From assembly GCA_951812955.1 (NCBI GenBank), contig OX638340.1:1600001-1664000 (forward strand): a DNA stretch of 64,000 nucleotides, written 5' to 3'. Position numbers and translations under genes: made by a program. Below are positions 40,894 through 49,816 of the stretch, piece after piece. Origin of the DNA: an uncultured Gemmatimonadota bacterium (GTDB taxonomy: Bacteria > JAAXHH01). Each line of letters opens with the position of its first letter. Position 1 is the first letter of the stretch. The notes beneath the pieces are model-generated. The model saw only the letters and a program-made list of their open reading frames with translations, did no database searches and was not told where the DNA came from.

Positions 40894-41790
40894 ATGAAAC
40901 ATCGACCTGGGCTACTCATCCTGTGCCTGGCTATGATAACCATCCCTGGACTGGCAGCCGCCCAGGACGGCTGGTACCTGCGGTCCAACCTGGGCATCGC
41001 GGTGGCGCCGGGGTTAACCCTTGATGCCCGGGACAACGATTGGAGCACCCGATGCGATAAGCTCTCCAATCCGGGACTTGGCGAGACGAGTGCGGATGAA
41101 TGTGCGAGCGTTCCGCCGATCACGGGATGGACCCACGAAGTCGGCCGGGGCAGCGGGGTGCAGAGCGTACTTGCCCTGGGTTACGTATGGAACAATCTGC
41201 GGTTTGAGGGGGAGTATCTCTACCGAACCACGACCTACGAACCTGGAGAAGGTGAGTCACAGGTAATCGACGTGGTGACCCAGCAAAAACAACAGCAGGA
41301 ACTCGAGACCATCGACGGCGGGTTGGAAGACCTGCTATCGCACAGCATCTTCGCCAACGTGTACTACGAGTTTCAGACGAACTCGCGCTACACGCCCTAC
41401 TTCGGGATTGGCGTGGGGTTTTCCAGCACGTCGCTGGATTACTACGGCCGCTTCAAGCGAAATGACGATCCGGATGCGATCTCAACCTTCGAGGATCCGG
41501 TGAGGAAGGCGCGGCTCGCCGGCACCACGACGATCGGCAGGCACAAGCTCAATGATCTCCTGACCGCCTACCAGGCTGTCTTAGGTGTGGATTACGCGCT
41601 AAGCGACAAAGTGGGGATTGGGGCCAAGGTCCGGTGGGCCAAGTTCAGCGAATTCGACGACGGGGAACCGTGGACGCAGCTCCGCAGCCATGAATCTTCG
41701 GTCGGACGGGGATTCGATGTCATATACTACGTCTCGACGGACAAGCTCATGATGTTCGGGGCCAGTCTGAACATGATGTACAGTTTTTGA
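40894..41790 (+). CDS. Outer-membrane beta-barrel protein
   Basis: Signal peptide MKHRPGLLILCLAMITIPGLAAAQ with an AAGGAGA RBS 8 nt upstream. C-terminal ...NMMYSF ends in Phe. The track start at 40876 overlaps that RBS. Confidence 0.6.
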   Translation: MKHRPGLLILCLAMITIPGLAAAQDGWYLRSNLGIAVAPGLTLDARDNDWSTRCDKLSNPGLGETSADECASVPPITGWTHEVGRGSGVQSVLALGYVWNNLRFEGEYLYRTTTYEPGEGESQVIDVVTQQKQQQELETIDGGLEDLLSHSIFANVYYEFQTNSRYTPYFGIGVGFSSTSLDYYGRFKRNDDPDAISTFEDPVRKARLAGTTTIGRHKLNDLLTAYQAVLGVDYALSDKVGIGAKVRWAKFSEFDDGEPWTQLRSHESSVGRGFDVIYYVSTDKLMMFGASLNMMYSF

Positions 41791-41802
41791 TCCGGAATCT
41801 GC

Positions 41803-42699
41803 ATGGAAAACGGGTACTTCAAGGGTCATGGACTGGGCAACGAATACATCGTGCTGGACCCGGCGGAACTGACCTTCACGTTGACGCCCGGCCGCATCGC
41901 CAGGATATGTGATCGCAAAAAGGGCATCGGAAGCGACGGCGTCCTGACCCTCGAAGAATCCGGTTCGGCAGACTTCGGCGTGCGGATCTGGAATCCGGAC
42001 GGCAGTGAGGCGGAAACTTCAGGTAATGGCCTACGTATTTTCGCCTGCTACCTGCATGCCACTGGTCGGACGCGAAAGAAGTCGTTCACGGTGGAAACGC
42101 CTGGAGGTATCGTCCGCGTCGAGACGCAGCTTGATTCGGCCGGAGCGGTGTGTGCAGCGACTGTGCACATGGGCAGGGCGACCTTCAAGCCTGAAGCGCT
42201 GCCCTGCACACTCGAAGTCGACGAACTGATCGAGCAACCGATCAGTGTCGCCGGCGAAGCGCTGACTTTCACCGGGGTAAGCGTTGGTAATCCCCACTGC
42301 GTCGTGTTCCATTCCAGGGGCCAGCAGTGGAGCAGCGACGATTTACTGCGTCTGGGTCCCGTACTTGAAACCCACCAGATCTTCCCGCAAAGAACCAACG
42401 TCCAGTTGGCCGAACCCACTGGTCCCCACTCGATCCGCATCCTGATCTGGGAACGCGGCGCCGGCGAAACGCCTTCATCCGGATCATCGGCCTGCGCGGC
42501 CGCAAGTGCGGCGGTGCGTATGGGAATTGTTACCTCTCCGGTGACCGTCGAGTCAGCCGGCGGAACATTGCTTGTAGACATGGATGAGAAGTTCTATCTG
42601 AGACTGGCAGGACCTGTTGCGGAGATGGCTCGGAGAACGTTCAATAAGGCGATGCTACGCGCGATTCTGGACACGGATCATGAGCCACAAACAACTTGA
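41803..42699 (+). CDS. dapF: Diaminopimelate epimerase
   Basis: GHGLGNEYIVLD, SGNGLRIFACYL, SVGNPHCVVF, ERGAGETPSSGSSACAAA (the catalytic Cys pair context). Confidence 0.88.
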   Translation: MENGYFKGHGLGNEYIVLDPAELTFTLTPGRIARICDRKKGIGSDGVLTLEESGSADFGVRIWNPDGSEAETSGNGLRIFACYLHATGRTRKKSFTVETPGGIVRVETQLDSAGAVCAATVHMGRATFKPEALPCTLEVDELIEQPISVAGEALTFTGVSVGNPHCVVFHSRGQQWSSDDLLRLGPVLETHQIFPQRTNVQLAEPTGPHSIRILIWERGAGETPSSGSSACAAASAAVRMGIVTSPVTVESAGGTLLVDMDEKFYLRLAGPVAEMARRTFNKAMLRAILDTDHEPQTT

Positions 42700-42747
42700 C
42701 ACGTAGGCGTCTGCGCTCTATATTTTGTTGCTGTTGTAATCGCCATT

Positions 42748-42819
42748 TTCCTCGGTAGCTCAATGGCAGAGCGGGTGGCTGTTAACCACTAGGTTGTTGG
42801 TTCGAATCCAACCCGAGGA
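42748..42819 (+). tRNA. tRNA-Asn (anticodon GTT)
   Basis: Acceptor TCCTCGG/CCGAGGA, D-arm GCTC/GAGC, anticodon stem GGTGG/CCACT with loop CTGTTAA, T-arm GTTGG-TTCGAAT-CCAAC, discriminator G. Confidence 0.88.
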
Positions 42820-42863
42820 GTAAATCATTCTCCGCAAGTTGTAGAGTCTCAGACGATCAGGAA

Positions 42864-42890
42864 ATACCCTGATCTTCTTACCAAGCCCCA
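42864..42890 (+). terminator. Possible hairpin terminator after tRNA-Asn (GATCAGG-aaatac-CCTGATC followed by TTCTT)
   Basis: 7-bp perfect stem read directly; the T-tract is weak. Confidence 0.35.
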
Positions 42891-42938
42891 CTCACTCTAT
42901 AACTGTTCCCACGATGCTCGCCGCTTCTTAACGCGACC

Positions 42939-45725
42939 TCACTCCTTGTACTGATTCACCACAGGCACCACCGGCACGGTCCTCCTTGCCGCTACCCGCA
43001 CCAACGACGCCAGCCCCGTCGGAGCGTCTTCGCCGACGCTGAACTGATCGACGTCCTCATCTGCACTCCCCACCGGCGATGCAATCCCAGTCTCCGCGTT
43101 CAGTGTGTACAATTTAGCGGTCCATCCGCCGGTCATGTACAACACGCCTCTGTGTGAGGTCAGCCCGGTCGGCAGGTCTTCTCCGACACCGAAGTCAGTC
43201 ACGTCGCCAACGGGTGAGGCGGCTCCCGTGGCAGGATTCAATACGTATAGTCGGGCCGAGTTGTAACCGACCATGAACAGATCGCCCCCGTGGGACGCAA
43301 GACCGAAGGGATGGTTTTCGCCGGCCCCGAACTCCACGGCATTACCGACCGGGGCAGCTTTCCCTGTCACGGTATCCAGCGCGTAAAGTCTGGTATTCGT
43401 CCCGCCGGCCATGTACAGCGTTCCGTTGTGGGACGCCAGACCCATGGGCTGCGATTCGCCGACTCCGAATTCCACGGCGTCCCCGACCTGCGTGGCCACG
43501 CCCGTTTCCGGATCCAGCGTATACAGCGCCGCGTTCCATCCTCCCGTCATGTACAAAACGCCGTGATGCGCGGCCAGTCCGTACGGCTGGTACTCGTCGG
43601 CGTCGAATCGAACGGCCTCTCCCACAGGTTTGGCTTCCCCGGTATTCGGATTCAGTCTATACAACTGGTCGTTGCCTTCACCCACCATGAGTAGACCTTC
43701 GACGAAGCCGGCTTCGTCGCACCGCGATCCCATCCATTCATCCAGGCCATCGACCCAGGCTAGCAAAGCTGGGGTGCTCGGTAAGCACAGGCCGTCGTTC
43801 TCGTGAAAGAGAAAATCGGTGACATCGCTTAGACCCGAGAAAGTCTCGGGTACAGTACCTGTGAACTGATTGTCATGGAGATACATCACCTCCAGGTCGT
43901 CGAGTATTCCCAGTTCAGGTGGAACGGGACCGGATAATTCGTTATCGAAAAGGTACAGCGCTTCGAGATCCTGGAGCCGTCCGAATTCGGCAGGAATAGA
44001 CCCGGACAACTGGTTGTTATGGAGATAAAGAAACTCGAGATTGGCGAGTTGACTCAGTTCTACAGGTATCGGTCCTGTTAGCTGGTTTCCATAGAGACTC
44101 AGCAGGCGCAGCTTGGGTTGATCACCAAAGACTGCCGGGATCTCGCCAGAAAGATTGTTGGAGTTGAGGTACAGAATCTCGAGATTGTGGAACTGACCCA
44201 GTTCGGCAGGAATCGGTCCGGACAGCTGATTCTCATCAAGATCCATACGTTCCAGGTTTTCCAGTTGACCCAATTCAACCGGGATCCCTCCTGACAGTTG
44301 GTTCTGCCACAGGTTCAGAAATTCAAGGCTTTCCAGGTTACCCATCTCCGGCGGGATTGAACCGGTCAGCTTGTTCGTATACAGGTGCATTATTTCCAGA
44401 TTATACAACTGCCCCAGTTCGGCGGGTATCGATCCGGTAAGTTCGTTTCGTTGCAGGCTCATGAACTCGAGATTGGCGAGTTGACCCAGTTCCGGCGGGA
44501 TCGAACCGGTCAGATCATTGCCAGCCAGGTCCAGCCGCTTCAGGCTGGTCAATTGCCCAAGGTCTCCGGGGATCGATTCCGACAGGCTGTTGTTACCGAG
44601 ATTCAACACCTCCAGGTAGGCAAGCGAAGCGAGTTCATCTGGAACGGTTCCGGAGATTTCGTTGGCGCCAAGATCAATGATCCTGAGCTCGTCGAGCTGG
44701 GAAAGTGCGACTGGGATGGCGCCCGATACCTGGTTGTGCGCCAAATCCAGTTCCCTCAGCAGGGACAGATTGACGAGGTTTCCGGGCAACCCGCCCGACA
44801 GGTTGTTCGTCCGCAGTTCAAGCCGTATCACCCGTCCGTTGGCGTCGGTCGTCACGCCGTGCCATTCGGTCAGGGGTTCTTCACTCAGCCAGTTCTCGCT
44901 TTCATTCCAGTTCGAACCATCCAACGCATGGTAGAAATCGACCAGCGTGGTACGTTCGCTTTTATCGATGGCCACCGTTACGGGCACGGTGACCGAAACC
45001 TCGCCGGAGGAAACGGTAACGACCGCGGTACCGCTCCCCAGGGCCGTAATCGTGCCGTCGTTGCTCACGGTTGCCACCGACTCGTCGCTGATTACCCATT
45101 TCACCGCCGTGCCATCGATGACCTGGCCGTTTTCGTCGAGAACGGAGGCCTTAAGACTTACTGACTCGCCGGTCGCGGTCAGCGTTACCGACGGAGGTTC
45201 AACCAATATCGTCCGTGCCGACTGGGATACGGAAACCGTAGACTTTCCCTGTTTCTGTCCCACGGTAGCGGTAATATCAGCCGTACCGTTACTGAGCGCG
45301 GTGACGAGTCCTCCACTGGTCACGGATGCAACCGAAGGATTCCGGCTCGACCAGACTACCTCGTGTCCCGAAATCGTCGCGCCGGTCTCGTCCTGCACCT
45401 GTACGGCAAGTTGCAGGGACTGGCCGATCGCAGTCAGCGTAACCGTGTCAGGAGTCACGACAACGGCAGCCGGACCGGATGACCTGGTGGGACCGTCCTT
45501 GCCGCAGGAGGCCAGCGCAAACAGTGCGAGGAAGCAGAAGAGACGGATCCCATTCCTACGGGTGGAATTCCATCGACCGGTGTTCTTTTTGACCCGTAAC
45601 CTGCTGGCAGATGGAGATGACAGCGATTTGCGACCGCAATGACGGTGAAAATGCATATGAGAATACCTTTTAAAGTTTGGTCTATGATTGGCTGCGCGGG
45701 CGAATCGGGCGCTCGATGTGGACAC
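42939..45725 (-). CDS. Large secreted lipoprotein: 3 x Ig-like (Big_2) domains, about 12 plant-type leucine-rich repeats (LxxLxxLxLxxNxLSGxIP), and a C-terminal array of about 46-aa repeats (YxLNPxTGxAxPVGxAVxFGVGExxPxGLASHxGxLYMxGG)
   Basis: Lipobox ...LFALASCGKDG. The start codon is uncertain (Met at aa 1 or 24 of the track ORF, with a long basic N-region). Repeat architecture read directly from the translation. Confidence 0.75.
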   Translation of the reverse strand: MSTSSARFARAANHRPNFKRYSHMHFHRHCGRKSLSSPSASRLRVKKNTGRWNSTRRNGIRLFCFLALFALASCGKDGPTRSSGPAAVVVTPDTVTLTAIGQSLQLAVQVQDETGATISGHEVVWSSRNPSVASVTSGGLVTALSNGTADITATVGQKQGKSTVSVSQSARTILVEPPSVTLTATGESVSLKASVLDENGQVIDGTAVKWVISDESVATVSNDGTITALGSGTAVVTVSSGEVSVTVPVTVAIDKSERTTLVDFYHALDGSNWNESENWLSEEPLTEWHGVTTDANGRVIRLELRTNNLSGGLPGNLVNLSLLRELDLAHNQVSGAIPVALSQLDELRIIDLGANEISGTVPDELASLAYLEVLNLGNNSLSESIPGDLGQLTSLKRLDLAGNDLTGSIPPELGQLANLEFMSLQRNELTGSIPAELGQLYNLEIMHLYTNKLTGSIPPEMGNLESLEFLNLWQNQLSGGIPVELGQLENLERMDLDENQLSGPIPAELGQFHNLEILYLNSNNLSGEIPAVFGDQPKLRLLSLYGNQLTGPIPVELSQLANLEFLYLHNNQLSGSIPAEFGRLQDLEALYLFDNELSGPVPPELGILDDLEVMYLHDNQFTGTVPETFSGLSDVTDFLFHENDGLCLPSTPALLAWVDGLDEWMGSRCDEAGFVEGLLMVGEGNDQLYRLNPNTGEAKPVGEAVRFDADEYQPYGLAAHHGVLYMTGGWNAALYTLDPETGVATQVGDAVEFGVGESQPMGLASHNGTLYMAGGTNTRLYALDTVTGKAAPVGNAVEFGAGENHPFGLASHGGDLFMVGYNSARLYVLNPATGAASPVGDVTDFGVGEDLPTGLTSHRGVLYMTGGWTAKLYTLNAETGIASPVGSADEDVDQFSVGEDAPTGLASLVRVAARRTVPVVPVVNQYKE

Positions 45726-45894
45726 GATTCCGCCTTTAAATAGGCGGTGTGACCATCGCTAAGCCGACCTGACTAGAAAAAGCGATGCAGACCGTCAGAA
45801 TATAGCACGGATTGTTGTGATTTAAAACTGTTTTAAAATGATTTTTTTGTGACCTATGGCCGGATCCGGATCGCCATATGCCGCCTAAAGTCCA

Positions 45895-47505
45895 TTACGT
45901 GTCCGCGTTCGACGGCGACTGTGCCGCCACGTGCGCGGCAAACCCCGAGCCGGCCTCTGCGAACAGGTTGTACACGCTCGACGCGCCGGCCTTTTTGAGT
46001 ACCTCGATCTCATCGGGAAACCTTGCCGTGGCGGCGACCCGGCCGTAGAAGGAGGAAGCCTTGAGCTGGTCGAGGACGGCGAGGTTGGCGGCCAGACTGG
46101 GTAATGCCAGCATCACCAGTTCGAGGGTATGGGCGGCCTGAACGCGGTTCCAGAAGTCCGTGTCGGTGGGATCACCGAGCAGTACGTGGCGGTCCATCGA
46201 ATGCTGCCTCTCCACCCTTACCGGATCGATATCCACGCCGACGACGGTATCGCCGTACAATTGATGCATATTGTCGTATGCCGCGCTGCCCACGCGGCCC
46301 ATGCCTATGATGGCGATCGTCGCTCCACCTGTATCGAGAGGCTGGTCATCGGCAAGACGCTCTGCTTTCTGAAAACGGTCCCATACAGCCCGGTGTCGAG
46401 CGTAGATCCTGTGTGCGGCGACGTTGAGACCCGCCGAGATGACACAGGACAGCGCCAGGGCGATCGCGGTGACGATCAACCAGAGGCCGTCGATCCAGCC
46501 ATTGGCCACGCCGACGGTCGCGACGATGAGTCCGAATTCGCTGAAGTTGGTCAGGTTCAGCGTCGCGAGCAACGAGGTTCGGGCACGAAGCTTAAACGCT
46601 GCCAATAGTCCGAAGAACAACGCCGACTTCAGAAATACCAGCGGCGTGACTGCCGCGCCGATGAGTACGGCTTCCAGTGTCAGCGGGCCGGAGAGCCCGA
46701 TGGACAGAAAGAAGGCAAGCAGGAACAGGTCCTTGAACCCGAGCATGGTCTTTGCCATTTCGTTGGACTTTGCACTGTTGGCGATCAGTGCGCCCAGGGC
46801 GAGTGCGCCCAGGTCGCCCTTCAGTCCGACCAGCTCGAAGATTTCCGCGCCGCCCAGTGCGAAGAGCAGTCCGCAAAGCACCAGGAGCTCACCATGGCCG
46901 GCTTTCTGAAGAACAAAGAGCAGCAACGGCCGCGCAGGAATTAGGAGCAGGACCAGCAACGCCCATAGGGACGGCCACATGCCCCCCGAGATTGTAAGAA
47001 AAGCCACGGCGGCCAGGTCCTGCACGATGAGAATACCGACCGCGATACGGCCATGCAGCGAGGCGGTCTCCCCCTTGTCCTCCAGGACCTTCACGACGAA
47101 GACCGTACTCGAAAAACTGAGTGCAAAGGCGATCAGCAAAGACTGGTAGAGTCCATTGCCCGAAAAGGAAGGGGCGTTCAGGAGGGCGAGGATAACGAGG
47201 GCCGTGCCGAGGGCTAGCACGACAAGCGTCATGTGCAGGCCGGTGACGGCCCAGACCTGCGGCCGCGCGAAGGTCCTCAGATTGAGCTTGAGGCCGACGA
47301 TGAAAAGCAGCAGCGTGATCCCGAGGTCCGACAGCTTCTGGAGCATATCCCCGCTGGCGATGCCGATCAGGTTGAGCACGAAACCGGCGGCGAGGAATCC
47401 CACAAGGGGTGGCAACCCGGCGGACCTGGACAGCAGACCCAGCACGAACGCCACGGCAAGCCATGCGAGGTCACCCATCGCAATGACGATCCACCCGAAA
47501 TCCAT
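45895..47505 (-). CDS. Cation:proton antiporter, CPA2 family (KefB/KefC-like) with C-terminal RCK/TrkA-N domain
   Basis: About 12 TM helices, then Rossmann IIGMGRVGSA. Confidence 0.88.
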   Translation of the reverse strand: MDFGWIVIAMGDLAWLAVAFVLGLLSRSAGLPPLVGFLAAGFVLNLIGIASGDMLQKLSDLGITLLLFIVGLKLNLRTFARPQVWAVTGLHMTLVVLALGTALVILALLNAPSFSGNGLYQSLLIAFALSFSSTVFVVKVLEDKGETASLHGRIAVGILIVQDLAAVAFLTISGGMWPSLWALLVLLLIPARPLLLFVLQKAGHGELLVLCGLLFALGGAEIFELVGLKGDLGALALGALIANSAKSNEMAKTMLGFKDLFLLAFFLSIGLSGPLTLEAVLIGAAVTPLVFLKSALFFGLLAAFKLRARTSLLATLNLTNFSEFGLIVATVGVANGWIDGLWLIVTAIALALSCVISAGLNVAAHRIYARHRAVWDRFQKAERLADDQPLDTGGATIAIIGMGRVGSAAYDNMHQLYGDTVVGVDIDPVRVERQHSMDRHVLLGDPTDTDFWNRVQAAHTLELVMLALPSLAANLAVLDQLKASSFYGRVAATARFPDEIEVLKKAGASSVYNLFAEAGSGFAAHVAAQSPSNADT

Positions 47506-47908
47506 TATGCCGCCTTTCCTGTCAATGGCCGTGTGTCTTTAGATATCATGTCGTCTTTTCATGTTAGCCTATGTCAGCCCATGTCAGCCCACGTCCGTTC
47601 AAGCTCGTCCACCGCGCCCACGCTTTTTCAAGCCAGTCTACGTTAGTCTCATGTTCGCCCATGCAATTTCCCACCCGTTACTTACGGTGTCAACGCAAAA
47701 CCACAGCCAGTCGGATTCCGACCTGTCACGCAGCCATGTCGGCGGCCGGGAAGTCCGCTTGACGCAGCTGATTTCTCTGGTTTCCTTGACGGAACTTGAT
47801 CCGCTGTCGACGCAAAAAAGATTGGAGCGGAAATGGGCGCAATGAAAAAGGCCGGCTCGAAACCGGTTCTGCTCTCAGGCGGAAACCCTCAGATCGCGTA
47901 CAGGAAAA

Positions 47909-48859
47909 GTGGATTTCATGACCAGATCCCAAGAGTTTAATTCCGCTACACAAGAGACCGTCCTCCTGACCGGAGCCACGGGATACATTGGGAGCCGGTT
48001 GCTTCGTCGCCTGGAACACGGGCCTCAAAAGGTTCGATGTCTCGTTCGGCGCCCCGAAGCGCTTTCATCCGTTGCCGCGCTGGAAACCGAGATCGTGGGT
48101 GTAGATCTCCTCCAGCCTGAAACGCTACCGTACGCCATGCGAGGGGTTTCGACGGCCTACTATCTGGTTCATTCGATGGCGTCTGGCGGCGACTTCGCCC
48201 TGGAAGATCGAAAGGCCGCAACGAACTTTGCGCAGGCCGCGTTAGAGGCCGGCGTGCAACGCATCGTCTACCTTGGCGGCCTGGGCGCCGGACGTTACCT
48301 TTCCGGCCACCTGGCAAGCAGGCGGGAAGTCGGGGAAATCCTTCGAAACTCCGGCGTGCCTACGATCGAATTCAGGGCGTCCATCATCATCGGTTCCGGT
48401 AGTCTATCGTTTGAAATGATCCGGTCCCTGGTCGAGAAACTGCCGGTCATGTTGACGCCGAAATGGGTACACACCAAGTGCCAGCCCATCGCCATCGATG
48501 ACGTACTCGACTACCTGGTCGCCGTTCTCGACGTTGCCCACACCGCCTCCAGCCGTAGCCAGGTATTCGAGATCGGTGGACCGGATCGGGCCTCCTACCG
48601 CGATCTCATGGCGGAATTCGCCCGGCAGCGCGGCTTGAAGCGCCTGCTGATCTCTGTGCCCGTCCTATCTCCACAATTGTCCAGCCTGTGGCTCGGACTG
48701 TTCACACCCGTCTATGCACGGATCGGCCGTAAGCTCGTCGAAAGCCTGCGGAACGAGACCGTTGTGGTCGACAAATCGGCTATGGAAGCATTTCCAATTC
48801 GGCCCAGGGGTATGGCCGATGCGGTACAGAGGGCGTTGGACAACGAGGATCGGGTGTAG
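47909..48859 (+). CDS. NAD(P)H-binding protein, NmrA/atypical-SDR family
   Basis: LLTGATGYIGSRLLRRL Rossmann motif and C-terminal NmrA-like region. Confidence 0.8.
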   Translation: MDFMTRSQEFNSATQETVLLTGATGYIGSRLLRRLEHGPQKVRCLVRRPEALSSVAALETEIVGVDLLQPETLPYAMRGVSTAYYLVHSMASGGDFALEDRKAATNFAQAALEAGVQRIVYLGGLGAGRYLSGHLASRREVGEILRNSGVPTIEFRASIIIGSGSLSFEMIRSLVEKLPVMLTPKWVHTKCQPIAIDDVLDYLVAVLDVAHTASSRSQVFEIGGPDRASYRDLMAEFARQRGLKRLLISVPVLSPQLSSLWLGLFTPVYARIGRKLVESLRNETVVVDKSAMEAFPIRPRGMADAVQRALDNEDRV

Positions 48860-48953
48860 TCGGAGACACCCTCAAGTAGAGACGAGGAATCCGATCGAAG
48901 CGGGGAATGAGCGAGTTTCCGGAACGAGGCGGAGTTCAACCCGGAGTTCGATC

Positions 48954-49295
48954 CTAAGGCCAGGGGATCATCGGACACGGACAGGGCCTCTCAGTCAACA
49001 AGCTAAACTGCTCGTCCAGGCTGTCGATCAAGATATCCTGCTCCGTCAGACCATTGACAAGTGAATCATCCAGCGGTGAGTTGTGCCTGTATCCGCGCCG
49101 GTGCATTTCCGCGACCAGCGCTTCGTGTCGGTTGTACAACGCCGCGAGACGGCCGACCCATCGCTTCGTCTCCGGGTGCTCACGGTATCCGGACTTTCCC
49201 AGCGTCAGTACGTTCCATAGCCCGTGCAGCTCGCGATGTTCGCCCAGGAGGTGCTGGCGGCAGAGGACTTCAGGGGGAAGGTCCCAGATACGCAT
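48954..49295 (-). CDS. Pyrimidine dimer DNA glycosylase / endonuclease V (T4 DenV family)
   Basis: N-terminal RIWDLPPEVLCRQHLLGEHRELHGLW parallels T4 endoV [26 protein letters not shown], including the catalytic Glu position. 113 aa. Confidence 0.6.
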   Translation of the reverse strand: MRIWDLPPEVLCRQHLLGEHRELHGLWNVLTLGKSGYREHPETKRWVGRLAALYNRHEALVAEMHRRGYRHNSPLDDSLVNGLTEQDILIDSLDEQFSLLTERPCPCPMIPWP

Positions 49296-49420
49296 GGTTA
49301 TCTTTTAATATCGTGCGGCCAATGGGTTTATTCAGTTCTCGAATGGGTTCGACGAGCTTGTGCGCCTGTGATCATCTGGTCCTCAAATTTGTAAAAAAGA
49401 CGTCAGCGTCCGGGAAGAAA

Positions 49421-49645
49421 TTAGCGCTCATTCATTTCGCTCCGGGTAAACTTACGACCGCCAGTGGTTATACTGCCTTGTAACTCCCGAATGTCACGCA
49501 TGGCTTCTGCGGTCCGTTGTTCGCGACGAACGTAGTTCTCCAACCATAGTCGGAATTGTTGGTTCAATGTCGTATGTTCCGAATCAGCTTGCCGACGCGC
49601 GGCTTCAATCAGGTTCTCGTCCGCACTGAACGTGATATTTTCCAT
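49421..49645 (-). CDS. Small antitoxin-like protein (orphan, no adjacent toxin)
   Basis: 74 aa. MENITFSADENLIEAARRQA... with C-terminal GGRKFTRSEMNER, resembling VapB/RHH-type antitoxins. Confidence 0.4.
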   Translation of the reverse strand: MENITFSADENLIEAARRQADSEHTTLNQQFRLWLENYVRREQRTAEAMRDIRELQGSITTGGRKFTRSEMNER

Positions 49646-49816
49646 GTCGACCTCCTACCAATCTAAAACACGATAAAACTGTATACTATTTACGTGTCAA
49701 AGTCCAAAAAGTTGCTGGATCACCTCGAAGCAACATTCACCGTCACCAACACCGTCAAGGTTTTGGCTACGGGAGACCCAGTACAGGACGCTCAGCCCAC
49801 TCACCATTACCATCGC

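Noticed and set aside
44385-45642. Plus-strand ORFs of 259 and 231 aa
   Set aside because: Antisense to the LRR lipoprotein gene. The LRR reading frame shows regular repeat structure.
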